DNA of 64,000 nt from Eledone cirrhosa (taxonomy: Eukaryota). The stretch spans positions 186,001 to 250,000 of the forward strand of contig OZ024753.1 of the NCBI GenBank assembly GCA_964016885.1. Direction: 5' to 3'. Below, in pieces: positions 40,503-54,730 of the stretch. The translations under genes and the position numbers were made by a program. Every line of letters starts with the position of its first letter. The first letter of the stretch is position 1. The notes below the pieces were generated by a model. It was not told the DNA's origin. It ran no database searches and saw only the letters and a program-made list of their open reading frames with translations.

Positions 40503-40547
40503 GAAGAGGGTCTTAACGTTTCGGACGCTAGTCCTTCATCAGAAGAA
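40503..40547 (-). ncRNA. Minimal hammerhead ribozyme-like motif (Penelope-type)
   Basis: ttctt CTGATGAA ggac tagc gtcc GAAAC G TTA aga. Confidence 0.55.
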
Positions 40548-40561
40548 GATACACACACATA

Positions 40562-42366
<1,805 letters not shown>

Positions 42367-42637
42367 CTAGAGTGGTGAAAAGAACATAATGGCAGTTGCT
42401 TTATCTTTCAAAAAAGAAAAAAAATCATTTCATTATTTTTGATGGCCAAGTAAACACCAGTGTTCCATAGAATAAGTTGTATTGTAGTGTCAGCAACAAT
42501 AACATCATCTTTAGTATGAGTTATATATTATATATACATAATATCAGTTAATATATAGACATAATATTATCAGTTAGTATTATATATACATATTGTTATA
42601 TAGGCATAATATTATCAATTAGTATTATATATACATA

Positions 42638-42827
42638 ATATTGTTTCTACTATTGGCACAAGGCCAGCAATTATCCCAGTGCATTACTGGTACTTTATTT
42701 TATCGACCCCGTAAGGATGAAAGGCAAAGTTAACCTCGGCGGGATTTGAACTCAGATCGTAATGGGGCGTAACTATGCTGCAAAGCATGGCGTCCGACCC
42801 TCTACCGATACTGCCAAATCCACCGCC
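42638..42827 (-). mobile_element. Family-A SINE, full length
   Basis: Flanked by ttatca.ttagtattatatatacat direct repeat. Confidence 0.85.
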
Positions 42828-42869
42828 TTATCAGTTAGTATTATATATACATGTTTTTGTTATAACAAT

Positions 42870-43200
42870 GACACTTCATTACAATGTGTCAGCTACAACA
42901 ATGATACACCATATCACAGCTGTTACTGTGACAGTTGTAAAAACAATACAACTTATCACAAATGTTACAATGACAGCTACAACACACGTCATAACTAATG
43001 TTACAGAAACAACAAAACACCACATCACAACTAATATTACAGTGATAGCTGTAATACACCATGTCAGAAGTAATGATACTGTGACAGCTATAACATGTCA
43101 CAACTAATGTTACTGTGACAGCTGTAACAACACCATGTCACAACTAATGTTACTGTGACAGCTATAACACCATGTCACAACTAATGTTACTGTGACAGCA
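42870..43200. repeat. ~37-bp degenerate minisatellite
   Basis: cacaactaatgttactgtgacagctataacaccatgt units. Confidence 0.8.
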
Positions 43201-43712
43201 ACGACAATGATCTGGAATGATGATGATGACCAACAACAATGGTCTGGAGAAATGTGTGTACAAGATGAGAGGAAGACGGGGGGTACGACAATAGAATGAG
43301 AGAGAGTGTAAAAACATTGAATAGCAACTGTTAGAAATAGGTTTTGGTCAGTGAGAGAGAGAGAGAGATGGATATATATTTATATATAGAGAGGGGCTAC
43401 AGAGAGAGAGAGGGGGCTAGAGTGAGAGATAGAGAGAGAATGAGATGGATAGAGAGAGATGGGGAGTAGTAAGAAAGTACTGCGTTGAAATAATATATAA
43501 TGCAAATGGATGATACCTGTTAGGTAAGTATTGAAAAAGATGACGCTTGACTGAAGATGAGAAGAGAATTAAAACTAGATTTTAGAACATTATGTCTCCT
43601 ACATGGACTAGACTGGCATATGGCTAGTGTATGGAGTAATATAACAACATACACACCTACACATAATGATATTAATGACAAGAGCGATATGGCGGCAAGA
43701 AATTGAAATATA

Positions 43713-44618
43713 CAGGGTGCGGAGGATATTTGTTCGCAATTTTCAACTGCTAATTTTATGCAAATTTTTTTCACTTCCGTTGTCACTCTTATCTTCATAA
43801 AAACAGTGACTATGTTTCCATTATTTATTTTCAGAATTGATTATGAATAATTTTGAACCTCCAAATTTGTGGAAGAGACACAGAGTTCTTCTTGGAATCC
43901 GCATCAGGACAAATAAGGAAATTTCAGACTTTCTCAACGTCAGCAGGAGAATGGTGGAAAAGGTCAGAAAGGAATTGGAAGATTCAGGATTCGACTACGA
44001 AGCAATATCAGAGAGGAAAACACATGATCGACGATCTGACGCCTTCAGAACGCCTGAGTTCGTCGCTGAAGTTCAGGAAATCATCAACAATGAACCTAGC
44101 AAGTCGATGCGTGCCATTGCAAGGGAGAAAGGCGTGGATGAAAAGCTCATTAGGCTGGTGGTACATGAAAACATTCACTACGTTTCATACAAGATGAAGA
44201 AAGGACAAAGACCCAAGCCGAAAGACCCAAGCCTGGCTGTCAGAGAACTTCGACCACACTTCACCTGACATCTGGCCTCCCAGCTCGCCTGACTGCAACC
44301 CCCTTGACTTCGTTCTGTGGAGCGCAGTGGAACGAGACACCAATAGATCTAGCTGCAATACGAAAGATGATCTGAAGGCCAGGATCAGAAGTGCCTTTAG
44401 GGGCCTAAGTCGGGGGACAGTGACGAAGGCCTGTAGTCGGTTCCGAGGCCGCCTTGAGGCCATCATCAAAGCTAATGGCGGGTTTATCGAGTGAGATCGA
44501 AAGAACAAGTCATGAAGACAAACTGACCCAAGTTTGATAAATAAATCTTAAAAAATAAAACTACTGTGTTATTTTTTCCTAGACAGTAATCTTGCAAACA
44601 AATATCATCCGCACCCTG
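43713..44618 (+). mobile_element. maT/DD37D transposon, second deletion derivative
   Basis: Same TIRs and TA TSD as 7339-8193; N-terminal HTH ORF MNNFEPPNLWKRH...EPSKSMRAIARE...; C-terminal WPPSSPDCNPLDF. Confidence 0.87.
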
Positions 44619-45118
44619 TATATCTGTCACACTGTGTGTGTGAATGTATGTGTGTAAAAGGAAGAGGATGGTGAAAAAATCTATAGCAAAACAGCAGCTG
44701 GTGTTCCATTTGCTACGCTGAGAGTGTATATGTGTGTTTGTGTGTGTGAATGTATGTGTGAGTGAGCATTTTTGCAAGTGTGTCTATGTGCGTTTATAAT
44801 TATATACTCATACATATAAATGTATGCATATGCACATACACACATGCGCGCACACATATACACATCCGCGTCAGCATGTTGAAAAAAAAATCCTAGTAAA
44901 TATATATTTCTTACACAAAACATTGATGAAAATAATTTAGTGCAGAGAATGTTTTGACAAGAGGAAATAGCTACAAATATATATGGTACTGTTGATGTAT
45001 GTTTAGTTTACAAGGACATGATTAGTAGTTGTCAATAAATACTCCACAGCATATTCTACAATGACAAGAGTGTACAGTATTGATCTATTGGTAAATCTAA
45101 CAAACATATATACATATA

Positions 45119-45195
45119 CAGGGTGTCCCAAAAAATGTATACACACTTTCATTACAATGCTGTTGAAGTGTGCATACATTTTTTTAGACACGCTG
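45119..45195. mobile_element. 77-bp Tc1-type micro-MITE
   Basis: TA|CAGGGTGTCCCAAAAAATGTATACACACTT...AAGTGTGCATACATTTTTTTAGACACGCTG|TA. Confidence 0.7.
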
Positions 45196-45531
45196 TATAT
45201 ATATATATATATATCATCATCGTTTAATGTCTATTTTTCCACACTAGCATGGGTTATATATATATTATATACACAGAAAGAGAGAGAGAGAGAAAGAAAT
45301 ACACAGACACATAAGTTGGTCACCAACAGTTGTTAGGCTTTCAACCATGGTATGCCATTGTAATGAACATATCAATATTTACCTTATCACAGATTTGAAA
45401 TGTATTACAATACTTCAGTTATAAAAAAAAAAAAAAAGCTAGCATTTTTGTGTTAGGTCAATGTTTCCCTTCCATCTTTTCAGAGCCAATAAATAAAGTA
45501 GCAATCCATCGAGAATGGATTCGAGGATTTG

Positions 45532-45748
45532 TTAACCCTTTAATGTTCAAACTGGCCAAAATTCTCTACCTCTTTCTGTTGAAACTGGGTGTAACTGGTC
45601 GCTCAAACTGATGTTAAGGTATTGTTCTCAAAATAAATACTTTCAAAATCTCATTGATTCGATATTTGTGAGATAATTATGCGAGGTAAAGCCTTTACCA
45701 TGAAAATATAATAGTATATATAGAGTAATGTGAATGCTAAAGGGTTAA
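45532..45748 (-). mobile_element. piggyBac-type MITE
   Basis: TTAA|CCCTTTA...GCTAAAGGG|TTAA. Confidence 0.75.
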
Positions 45749-45819
45749 AGAGTTAAATGGGATCTCTTAGCAGTGTCTGTTCTGGCTTTGTGTTTTAACT
45801 TCACATGCCACCTCATATA

Positions 45820-46095
45820 TGGAGGGACATGGCATAGTGGTAAAGGTGTTGGACTTATGATCAAAATGTTGCGAGTTTGATTCCTGGGTTGGGTTGTGTA
45901 CTTGAGCAAAACATTTCACGTTGTTCCAATATACTCAGCTGAAAATGAGTACTAGCAATAGCTGGGGGTTTAACCCTGTGATGGACTGGTGTCCTGTCTG
46001 GAGGTGGGGGAGTCTTGTACTCTCAGTCGCTTCACAACATGAAACCGGGATAAGCACCAGCCTAACAAGCCTTAAATGGCTTAAGACAGACGTTT
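45820..46095 (+). mobile_element. Older tRNA-SINE
   Basis: TGGCATAGTGG A box, GAGTTTGATTCC B-like box, conserved central domain. Confidence 0.55.
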
Positions 46096-46480
46096 TTAGA
46101 CTTTTAGACCTCATGTGACTAAAAAAGTGATGATAATCCTGCTAGCCATAACTCCTGGTAGATAGTATCAGCATTGGAAAAAACTAATGGAAATAGTTTA
46201 CTTGATCCGATCTAATGATTGGCCCCTTATCCATTTTTTTTATATATATATATATCATGATATAGATGTGCCTTTGGCAAGTTTCTTTACTTTTCTAGAT
46301 ATTTGTGTCCAATTATCAGATCACTAATTTTTTACAATCAAATAATCCAAAGTGTATATGAAAAGATCAATAAAGACAGTAATATTTATTGTTTATATCA
46401 GAAATACACTGTCTTCGGTGAGCTAGAAATAGGATAAACTTTCTAACTCCATAATGCCAGCAATATTGGCTGGACAACAA

Positions 46481-46680
46481 TCTATATTTACAACTATATT
46501 TTCATGGTAATGGCTTTAGCTCACATAATTATCTCATAATATCGAATCTATGAAATTCTGGTATTTATTTTGAGAACAATACCTTAACATTAGTATGAGT
46601 GGCTGGTTACAGCCAGTTTGAACAGAAAGCGGTGAGAGAAGTCTGGCCAGATACAGCCGATTTAAATGCTAAAGGGTTAA
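46481..46680 (+). mobile_element. piggyBac-type MITE, left end lost
   Basis: Ends TTTAAATGCTAAAGGG|TTAA. Confidence 0.7.
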
Positions 46681-46941
46681 TTAAATCACAACTGTCTTCC
46701 TTTGTGGACAATATCCAACCAAAATACTGAATTGACTTTAAACTCCTCTAATTAAATCTTTTTACAGTTACTAAGAGGGATGTTACTTCCGTAAACCAAA
46801 CAGAACAATGGCAGGAAAACCTAAGGAAAATGGAGACTAAAAGACAAATAGAATAAAAGAGGCGAAAGAAACAATTAAATTTGACTGTTTTATTTGTTTT
46901 AATACTTTTATTAAAGAAGTTTATTATTAAAGCTGTACATA

Positions 46942-47120
46942 GGGCTGTGGATGGGCAGAATTGGTAGCGTGTCAGACACCATGCTTCGCAACAGAGTTAT
47001 GGCTCTTTACATTCTGAGTTCAAATCCCGCTGAGGTTAGTTTTGCCCCTCACCTTTACATGGTTGATAAAAAAAAGTACCAGTCAAGTACTGGGGTTAAT
47101 TTAATCACCTTTTCCCTCTT
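46942..47120 (+). mobile_element. Family-A SINE
   Basis: Consensus match. Confidence 0.75.
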
Positions 47121-47287
47121 CTCATACAAAAAATAATAAAATAAAATTATTCCTACAGTTAACAACTTAGAACTTGATAGATCTTATTGAGTGTGAAATT
47201 AATTACGTATAGACATTTTAATATAAGTGGGTAATAAAGTATATAATCACTAACTCTTGTAAACATTTAGTACAAGTAATATAATGA

Positions 47288-47385
47288 CAGCAGGCCCCGC
47301 ACCAGATAGCTGGATAACATCAGGGAAGATCTCTGGAGGCTCAGCATCACCTTGGAGGATGCAGAAGAGCTAGCATGGGACTGCT
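47288..47385 (+). mobile_element. RTE C-terminal relic
   Basis: RPRTR*LDNIREDLWRLSITLEDAEELAWD. Confidence 0.5.
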
Positions 47386-48569
47386 TTTAATTAATTTTGA
47401 AAATCAACAATTTGACGGCATTAAGTAAAATAACTAATTTTGTCATTAATTTCATGTTTGGAACATAATTTAACAAACAGTTCTTACACAAAATTATCTT
47501 GGAATGTTTTAATTTACATAAAAACATCTTATAGAAACAGAGGTGGCTTCTGACAGGCTGGTATCAAACAAGTTTAGGGGCCTGGGGAGTATTTTGACAT
47601 GTCACAGAAGTGCTCTGAAGTAATGCCAGATTTCATTGATACTGGATTTTATGTCTGACTAAACAGAAACAGGTTTAGTGGTTGGTTAGAAGGAGAAAGG
47701 CCATCCAACTGTAAAAACAACTGCTCCAATAAAGACCCCCACCCTGCACCTCATGTAAGCATGGAAAATTAGATGTAAACCATAAAACAAAAGCAAAAAT
47801 AAACAAATTTATAAGACCATTGCCTATAGATAGTAAATGTCCAAGGTTTTGTAACCTAAATAGACGGTATCCCAAAAAATGTATACACCACTTTGATTAC
47901 CAGTACAGGCAATATTTATTAGAATCCTCCTGAAGTGTGGATACAACTTTTGGGGATATTCTGTAGATTAAAAATTTTAGATGAAAAGATAAAAAGCAAT
48001 GATCTTCCAGTTATATTCTCATGGGTAACAAGTTATTCAGCCTTCAATAAAACTTGTTACAGTGTTTATGTTATAAAATCAAATTATATGATTCATAAAT
48101 ACTATAGAAGAAACACTGTTAAATGGATTTCTGGATAAACATGTGTTTTCCAGAGAAGTTTTAGGGAAGATATGAAGAGGTGTGGTCAAAACTGGAACAA
48201 ATTTGTCAGATATTTGAAAACTATTTCAGCAACTTACTTGGGATTGGTATGACATTTTAGAAAAAGATAAGGTTCTATAGTATACTATATCAGTAGGAGA
48301 AACTAGACTGAACGAGCTGCTAGGCTCAACCAAATTACCCCCTACTGGCATATGGCACAACAGTCCCATAACCCCCCGAGGAAGTCGTATGGGCGGCGCA
48401 TTGACATACAAGCAGAAGTAATAAAATATGCAGCAGCCATCATCATTGTTTTTACGTTCACTTTTCCATACTGGTTTGAATGAGATAGTTTGAGATGTTT
48501 TACAGCCATATGCATTTCTTGATGCCAACCTTTTAGTTGCCTCTGAAGACACACAGGAAAATAAATATA

Positions 48570-48606
<37 letters not shown>

Positions 48607-50356
48607 TTTATTTAAAAATAGGGCTTGTGTGATTACTAGGAAATATACAAAAATCATGGAGAAGAGGGAACAGAACTTGGAAGACACAAACAAGGACAAT
48701 TCCTGCTCATCAGCTGTCTTCTGTGGATCATTATAGTCTTGAATGCATTAAAGATGGGACTATTCACCACAGTACATCAATAACTATACATATATATATA
48801 TGTGTGTGTGTGTGTGTGTAGACACACACAGTGTAAAATCCCAACAGAGGACCTTCTGCATTTCAATTAATTTAGAGGATTGCCAAATTCTGGCTAGCAA
48901 ATCCAGGACAAGATAAGATTAACATCAGCAAGATATAATCCGAGAATGTTAGTAGGGTCCATGCAATGAGATCGTATTTGGGACTTTATGATTGTAAAGT
49001 AAACATCTTAACCAGTCAGCCATACATGCATCCACATAGCCCTGAAAGGATAGGGTGGTCATGTCTGGAATACCTTTGGTCCTAGGTCTCCTCAATGAAG
49101 GTTAACCTGGGGCTAAACAGCTATAAACAATAACAAAACAACCACAAGAAAAAGGAAGCGTTTTACATATTCCAGCCACATAGAAAAGCAATGTCACTTA
49201 TAAAATACCAGCTGATTCTATTCACAACTTAATTATTAAGATAACATCAACAATTACAGGACCATTAAGAAACAAAAAAAAAAACTGGCCACCTAACAAA
49301 TTGATGTAAGTCAGTAAGCCAGAGTGGAATGATTAATTAGAAATTGCAGTACCAAAATCAAACGAGCTTAGGAATATTGAAGAGAGCAGGGTTATTACTA
49401 ATACAGCTAACACTAATAATAGATGTGAGGAGAATAACAAAAAGAGCATGACCACAAAACTAGTTTGGAACAATTTTAATCTGTAAGTTTCAGAAGCCCT
49501 GCCAATTCTTATAGGAGTGTCCCTTCTTCCTTTGACTAAACCATAAAATAATATTAAACAAGGAAGAAGGGATTCCAAAGCTAGCAGATGAAAGAAAGTA
49601 TCCATGACACCTAAGTTATCTTCAAACCGGAGGCCTAATCTACAATATACTTGCTGAAGGTATCTAAAGGTAACTTAGTGCTGTTAAAGAACAGGTGCAG
49701 TCCAACTAAATGGCTACGATATAGTTTCTGTCTACCAAATTTCACTTAAAAGGCTATGACAGAAGACATTCAATGTACAATACAGTAAGATTGAACCTGA
49801 AACCAAACGATTGTAAAGTGACCTTAAACCACACAACCATACCCAAGTCCCACAGACAAAACTGCAAAAGCATTCCCGCAGACAATGGCCAGCAACACCC
49901 ACTGCAACAGCCACCCCACCACGTGGGGCTCCTTCAGTAGACGGGCTTTTGTGAATGAGATACATTAGATGACAAGAAAAGGTGAGGCGTTGATCTAAAT
50001 AAAAAAAGGAAAATCTGACCACATTGAGAAGCAGCAGAGGTATGGGGTGGCTTCAGGCAGAGTTGGCACATCAGTTGCTACTTGAGAAGGGTGACATCAA
50101 GTATAGTAACAATGGAGTAGAAAGATACAGCTTTATATGTGAACTAGTGTTTGTAAGGTATTGGTGAATGAAACAAGCAATTAGATGCCTTTTGTTTTTT
50201 TTGTTTATGTGGTAGTTTCAGTCACAGATGTATGATCAGTGTTCTGTGAACCATAGAATATAGTTAATTAACATACTTCATTAATAAACTATCAGCTGTC
50301 AATCCAATAAATTTTAATTAACTTTCATCACTATATTCATACGCCTATAACACTAT

Positions 50357-51135
50357 AATTGTTTCTACTTTAGGCACAAGGCCAGCAATTACCCAGTGCA
50401 TTACTGGTACTTTATTTTATCGACCCCGTAAGGATGAAAGGCAAAGTCAACCTCGGCGGGATTTGAACTCAGATCGTAAAGGGACGTAACTATGCTGGAA
50501 AGCATGGCGTCCGACCCTCTACCGATACTGCCAATCCACTAGTTTTTTTCAACTGTCAAAGATATATTTAACATTTTCAAATAATTTAGACTCACATCAT
50601 CATCATCATCACTATTTAAAGGATGTTAAACAATGATTCATATTGTACATATTGTAGAATTAAACATAAAAAGTAAAGTTAAACAGTTCAAAAATTATTT
50701 GATGCTTCTGACTCCCATCAAAACTAGACAGTTGACCAATTTAACCTTTTAGCATTTAAACCGGCCAATCCGGCCAGAATTCTTATTAAAATATTTATAT
50801 TTTTCTTTTAGTATGAACTAACCAGGTGTTGTGGGGATTACCGCACTATCTGCCACCTAATTTAGCCCCATAGTTCTTACCATCCTTAACACAAATCTTC
50901 CGTTATAATGTACAAATAATTGTTTGTACTTTAGGCACAAGGCCAGCAATTTGAATGGGGGGGGGGGGTCAATTAGATCGGTCCCCAGTGTATTACTGGT
51001 ACATTATTTTATCAACCCCGTAAGGATGAAAGGCAGAGTTAACCTCGGCAGGATTTGAACTCAGAATGGCAAGGGCCGTAACTATGCGTCAAAGCATGGC
51101 GTCCGACCCTCTACCGATACTGCCAATCCACCGCC
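50357..51135 (-). mobile_element. Two family-A SINEs
   Basis: 50357-50539; 50918-51135 with TSD tataatgtacaaataat. Confidence 0.85.
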
Positions 51136-51632
51136 TATAATGTACAAATAATGCAAAACAATTGACTATTACTTGGTTTCAGCAATATCATATCTTTTTA
51201 ATGTTAGCATGTCTCAGAGAATATCAATCTTGTAGCATCTTGTCTGTGAGGCTCAAGCATATTATATTACTTAAGATAACGCACAAATTATATTTGTGCG
51301 TTATCTCACTATTACAAAACAGATTCAATAGATCATACTTAACTTACAAAACCATTTGAATCAGGTATTTTTATAGTTAGATACTAAAACTATTGATAAC
51401 TATATTATCAAACATTCATAAAAGAGGTTTAAAATTGTTCCAGAGAAGTACTGAGTCAATTTAATCAACTATTCTCTCTTTCTCCCTCTCTGTCACTTTG
51501 TGTTAATGTTAGATATCAATATTTACATCTACAATACATATCCATCAGTTTGATCAGATCATCCATCAAATAATGTCTTACTCCTGAATATAAAAATAGT
51601 CTCAAACTAGATTCAAACAAGGAATTTGTATA

Positions 51633-52090
51633 TATATGATGCCTGTGTGAGGAGCGCAATGCTGCATGGTAGTGAGACATGGGCAACAACTGCAAAGGAT
51701 ATGCAACGGCTGGAGAGAAATGAGGCAAGCATGCTCCGTTGGATGTGCAATGACAATGTGAGTGAACGACCCAGCATGAATGTGTTGAGAGAGAAACTGT
51801 GTCTGAGAGGGATAGAATGTAGTGTGCGAGAGGGGAGACTGAGGTGGTATGGACATGTGATGCGCATGGAGGATGACTGATGGGTGAAGAAGTGCCAGGA
51901 AATGCCAGTTGAAGGAAGACGTGGTAGAGGTAGACCACGAAAAACATGGGCGGAGGTGGTGAGAACAGACCTCAGATTGCTGAAGCTTACGGTGGAATGA
52001 CGAAGGACCGTGACAAGTGGAGAGATGCTGTGCTGAATAAGACCCGTCCCACCCTTGCAAGCAGGGAAAAGTGGACGTAAAATGATGATG
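51633..52090 (+). mobile_element. RTE LINE 3' copy, 5'-truncated
   Basis: Matches 5420-5880; premature stop after MEDD. Confidence 0.92.
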
Positions 52091-53540
52091 AAACTGGGGG
52101 GAAATAACATTGTAATCTAGAAGAGCAATGACAACAACATGAGGTCAACAGTCGACAAAATCCTAATTTTATTAACAACATTAATTTCCTGGTTCCTAGT
52201 TTATTTCTTGCTAGATAGAGGTGCAGTGTTGTGCTGTTTTTTGCTGTGATGTGATACTTCTATCTGATCAATTAAAGAAAAACAATATTGCCTCTTTTTA
52301 TGTAACATTCTCTGCTATCACAAATTTCACATTATTAGTGAAACAGATTGTATGTTATCTCAAAAACAAAAATAAAATTAAAAAACTACAAACCCAGAAA
52401 GTTCAATATTAACCAGAATTTCACAGAAAAACATCCACAGCTTTTGTATAGGGCAACAGATGATAAAGATTATTTATTTCAAAGATTAAAATATCACTGA
52501 TATAGGGTATCAAATAACAAATAAATGCTATGAAAATCAAGTTTTTGTAAATATATTATATGCTTGTAAGTAAGTAGATTCAACAGATAAGGAGATAGGA
52601 ATCATACTGATGAAAGTTTGGAGCCATTTGTCAAGTCTAATGTATAATCAATCCTTCAGAAAGGATTTTTACTATACTAGAATTTTTTTTCACATGCTGA
52701 CTCGTAAGTATGTGTGTGTGCATATGCATATATTTATATGTATGAGTGTATAAATATAAACCCGCAAACACAGACACACTTACAAAAATACACTGACAGA
52801 TATACATTCACACAAACTCACACATACATTCACACAAACACACATACACACACACAAATGGAACGCCAGCTACTGTTTTGCTCTAGTCAGAGGGTTCTTG
52901 CTTAACATAAGTATGGGCAGCCGGTTATGGTTGGTTTGAACAGAAAAAGGCGAGAGAATTCTGGCCAGATATGCTGAAAGTTTAATTATCACTTTGCAGT
53001 AATTTTGAATAAATATAAAGGGATTCTCACATTCATAAAGCAGTAAGAGGATTATCTCGGGTTTAGTTATTTCAGGACTTCAACAGTAAAGTTGGTCATT
53101 TATCAAGGCTGCTGCATTATATAAAATTTGTTAGAAATTTTGAGATGGGGAAATAACTCAACATTTTCCTGCATTATTTTGGCACCATCAACAAATACAT
53201 TATTTTCACCCTAGTTTTTGTATGCTTCCTGCATTAAATATGCTGATATTCACTTTTTTATCAGATTACATTACAGACATTTAATTTTTTAACAATTCTA
53301 TTATTTTCCTACGCCGTCTGCTGCCACTTTGGCAAATTATGTCGAAGCTAGCTATAATTTGCTGATGACATCAAAATAAGGTAGAAACATGTCAAGAGTT
53401 GTCTCCTGTACTTGTCGTTAGGTTGAAAAAACATAGTTTTGCCGCATATTTTATTTTACTTTATCTCTTCAATGTTGTGCGTATTAAATATACTGACACC
53501 AATTAGAAAATGGGTTCCACCATTAATTAGATTTAAATGA

Positions 53541-53716
53541 CTATTTACAATTATGTTTTCATGGTGAAGGCTTTATCTTACATAATATCGAATCTATGAG
53601 ATTTTGATATTTATTTTGAGAACAATACCTTGATGTCAGTATGAGTAGCTGGTTTGAACAAAAAGGAGTGAGAGAATTATGGCCGGATATGGCCAGTTTA
53701 AATGCTAAAGGGTTAA
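53541..53716 (+). mobile_element. piggyBac-type MITE, partial
   Basis: Right TIR intact. Confidence 0.7.
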
Positions 53717-54302
53717 AGTGAAGGAGTTTCAGTGTGAAGTATGTGCTAGTGGTGTTTGACAGGAGATCAAAGTTATTGTTTAGTCCCAGTTTATGGTGGT
53801 ACATGTACAGTAAATACAAATAAATGAGTGTTGATGTCCTCTCTCTTTCACTCACTGTCTCCGTCCCTATCGCTCTCCCCCATCTCTTACTATTATAAGC
53901 AAATGGGGCGCCCGCTGGCCGCTCCACAGCCCCAGTGGACAGAATAGATAAGGTTAGCCCTAGTTAACCATCATTCAACAGGCTTAGTTGCAATGTTTTA
54001 CTGATGACTATCCTTTTATTTTTTCAATACATAAGTCCATCTAGGACTACATTAATCACTGTGCTCTTCTTTTAAAAGATGAGGGAAATTTGACTGCTTT
54101 TTTTTTTTAGTCGGTTTAGTGATCTGATAACAGCCGGCTCGTCCCCTTGTTGACACGTGTAGAAACAGACTATGTAAAAATGAAGTGGATGAGAAAGTGA
54201 GAACGAGGTCAAGTCCATTGGGTGGGGTGGGGAGGTCAACCATTGGGCGGGGTGGGGAGGACAATAAATGTGTGGTCCGTAACTATGAATAGAGGAAATG
54301 TT

Positions 54303-54730
54303 AATTGTTTCTATTTTTAGGCACAAGGCCAGCAATTACTCAGTACATTACTGGTACTTTATTTTATCGACCCCGTCAGGATGAAAGGCAAAGTTAACCT
54401 CGGCGGATTTGAACTCAGATCATAAAGGGAGGAAATGTTAATAATGGTCATTTAAGATGGGTAACTTCCAGCATCTTCATATGAGTGAGAGAGACTTGGA
54501 AAGCTGCTTGCTAATGTTAAAATTCTAAATATTAGACCAGTGAAAATATGGTGCTAATATGACTTTAATAATGGTTTCTTATATAGACACAAGGCCAGCA
54601 ATTTGGGGGGAGGGGAAAGTCGATTAAATCGACCCCAGTGCATGTCTGGTACTTTATTTTATCGACCCCGTCAGGATGAAAGGCAAAGTTAACCTCGGCG
54701 GGATTTGAACTCAGACCATAAAAGGCCGTA
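54303..54730 (-). mobile_element. Two 5'-truncated family-A SINEs
   Basis: 54303-54428 (TSD gaggaaatgttaat) and 54567-54730. Confidence 0.8.

Noticed and set aside
49330-50100. Possible old RT relics (LDQRLTFSCHL)
   Set aside because: Suggestive of an I/Ingi-type thumb region but too degenerate to bound or classify
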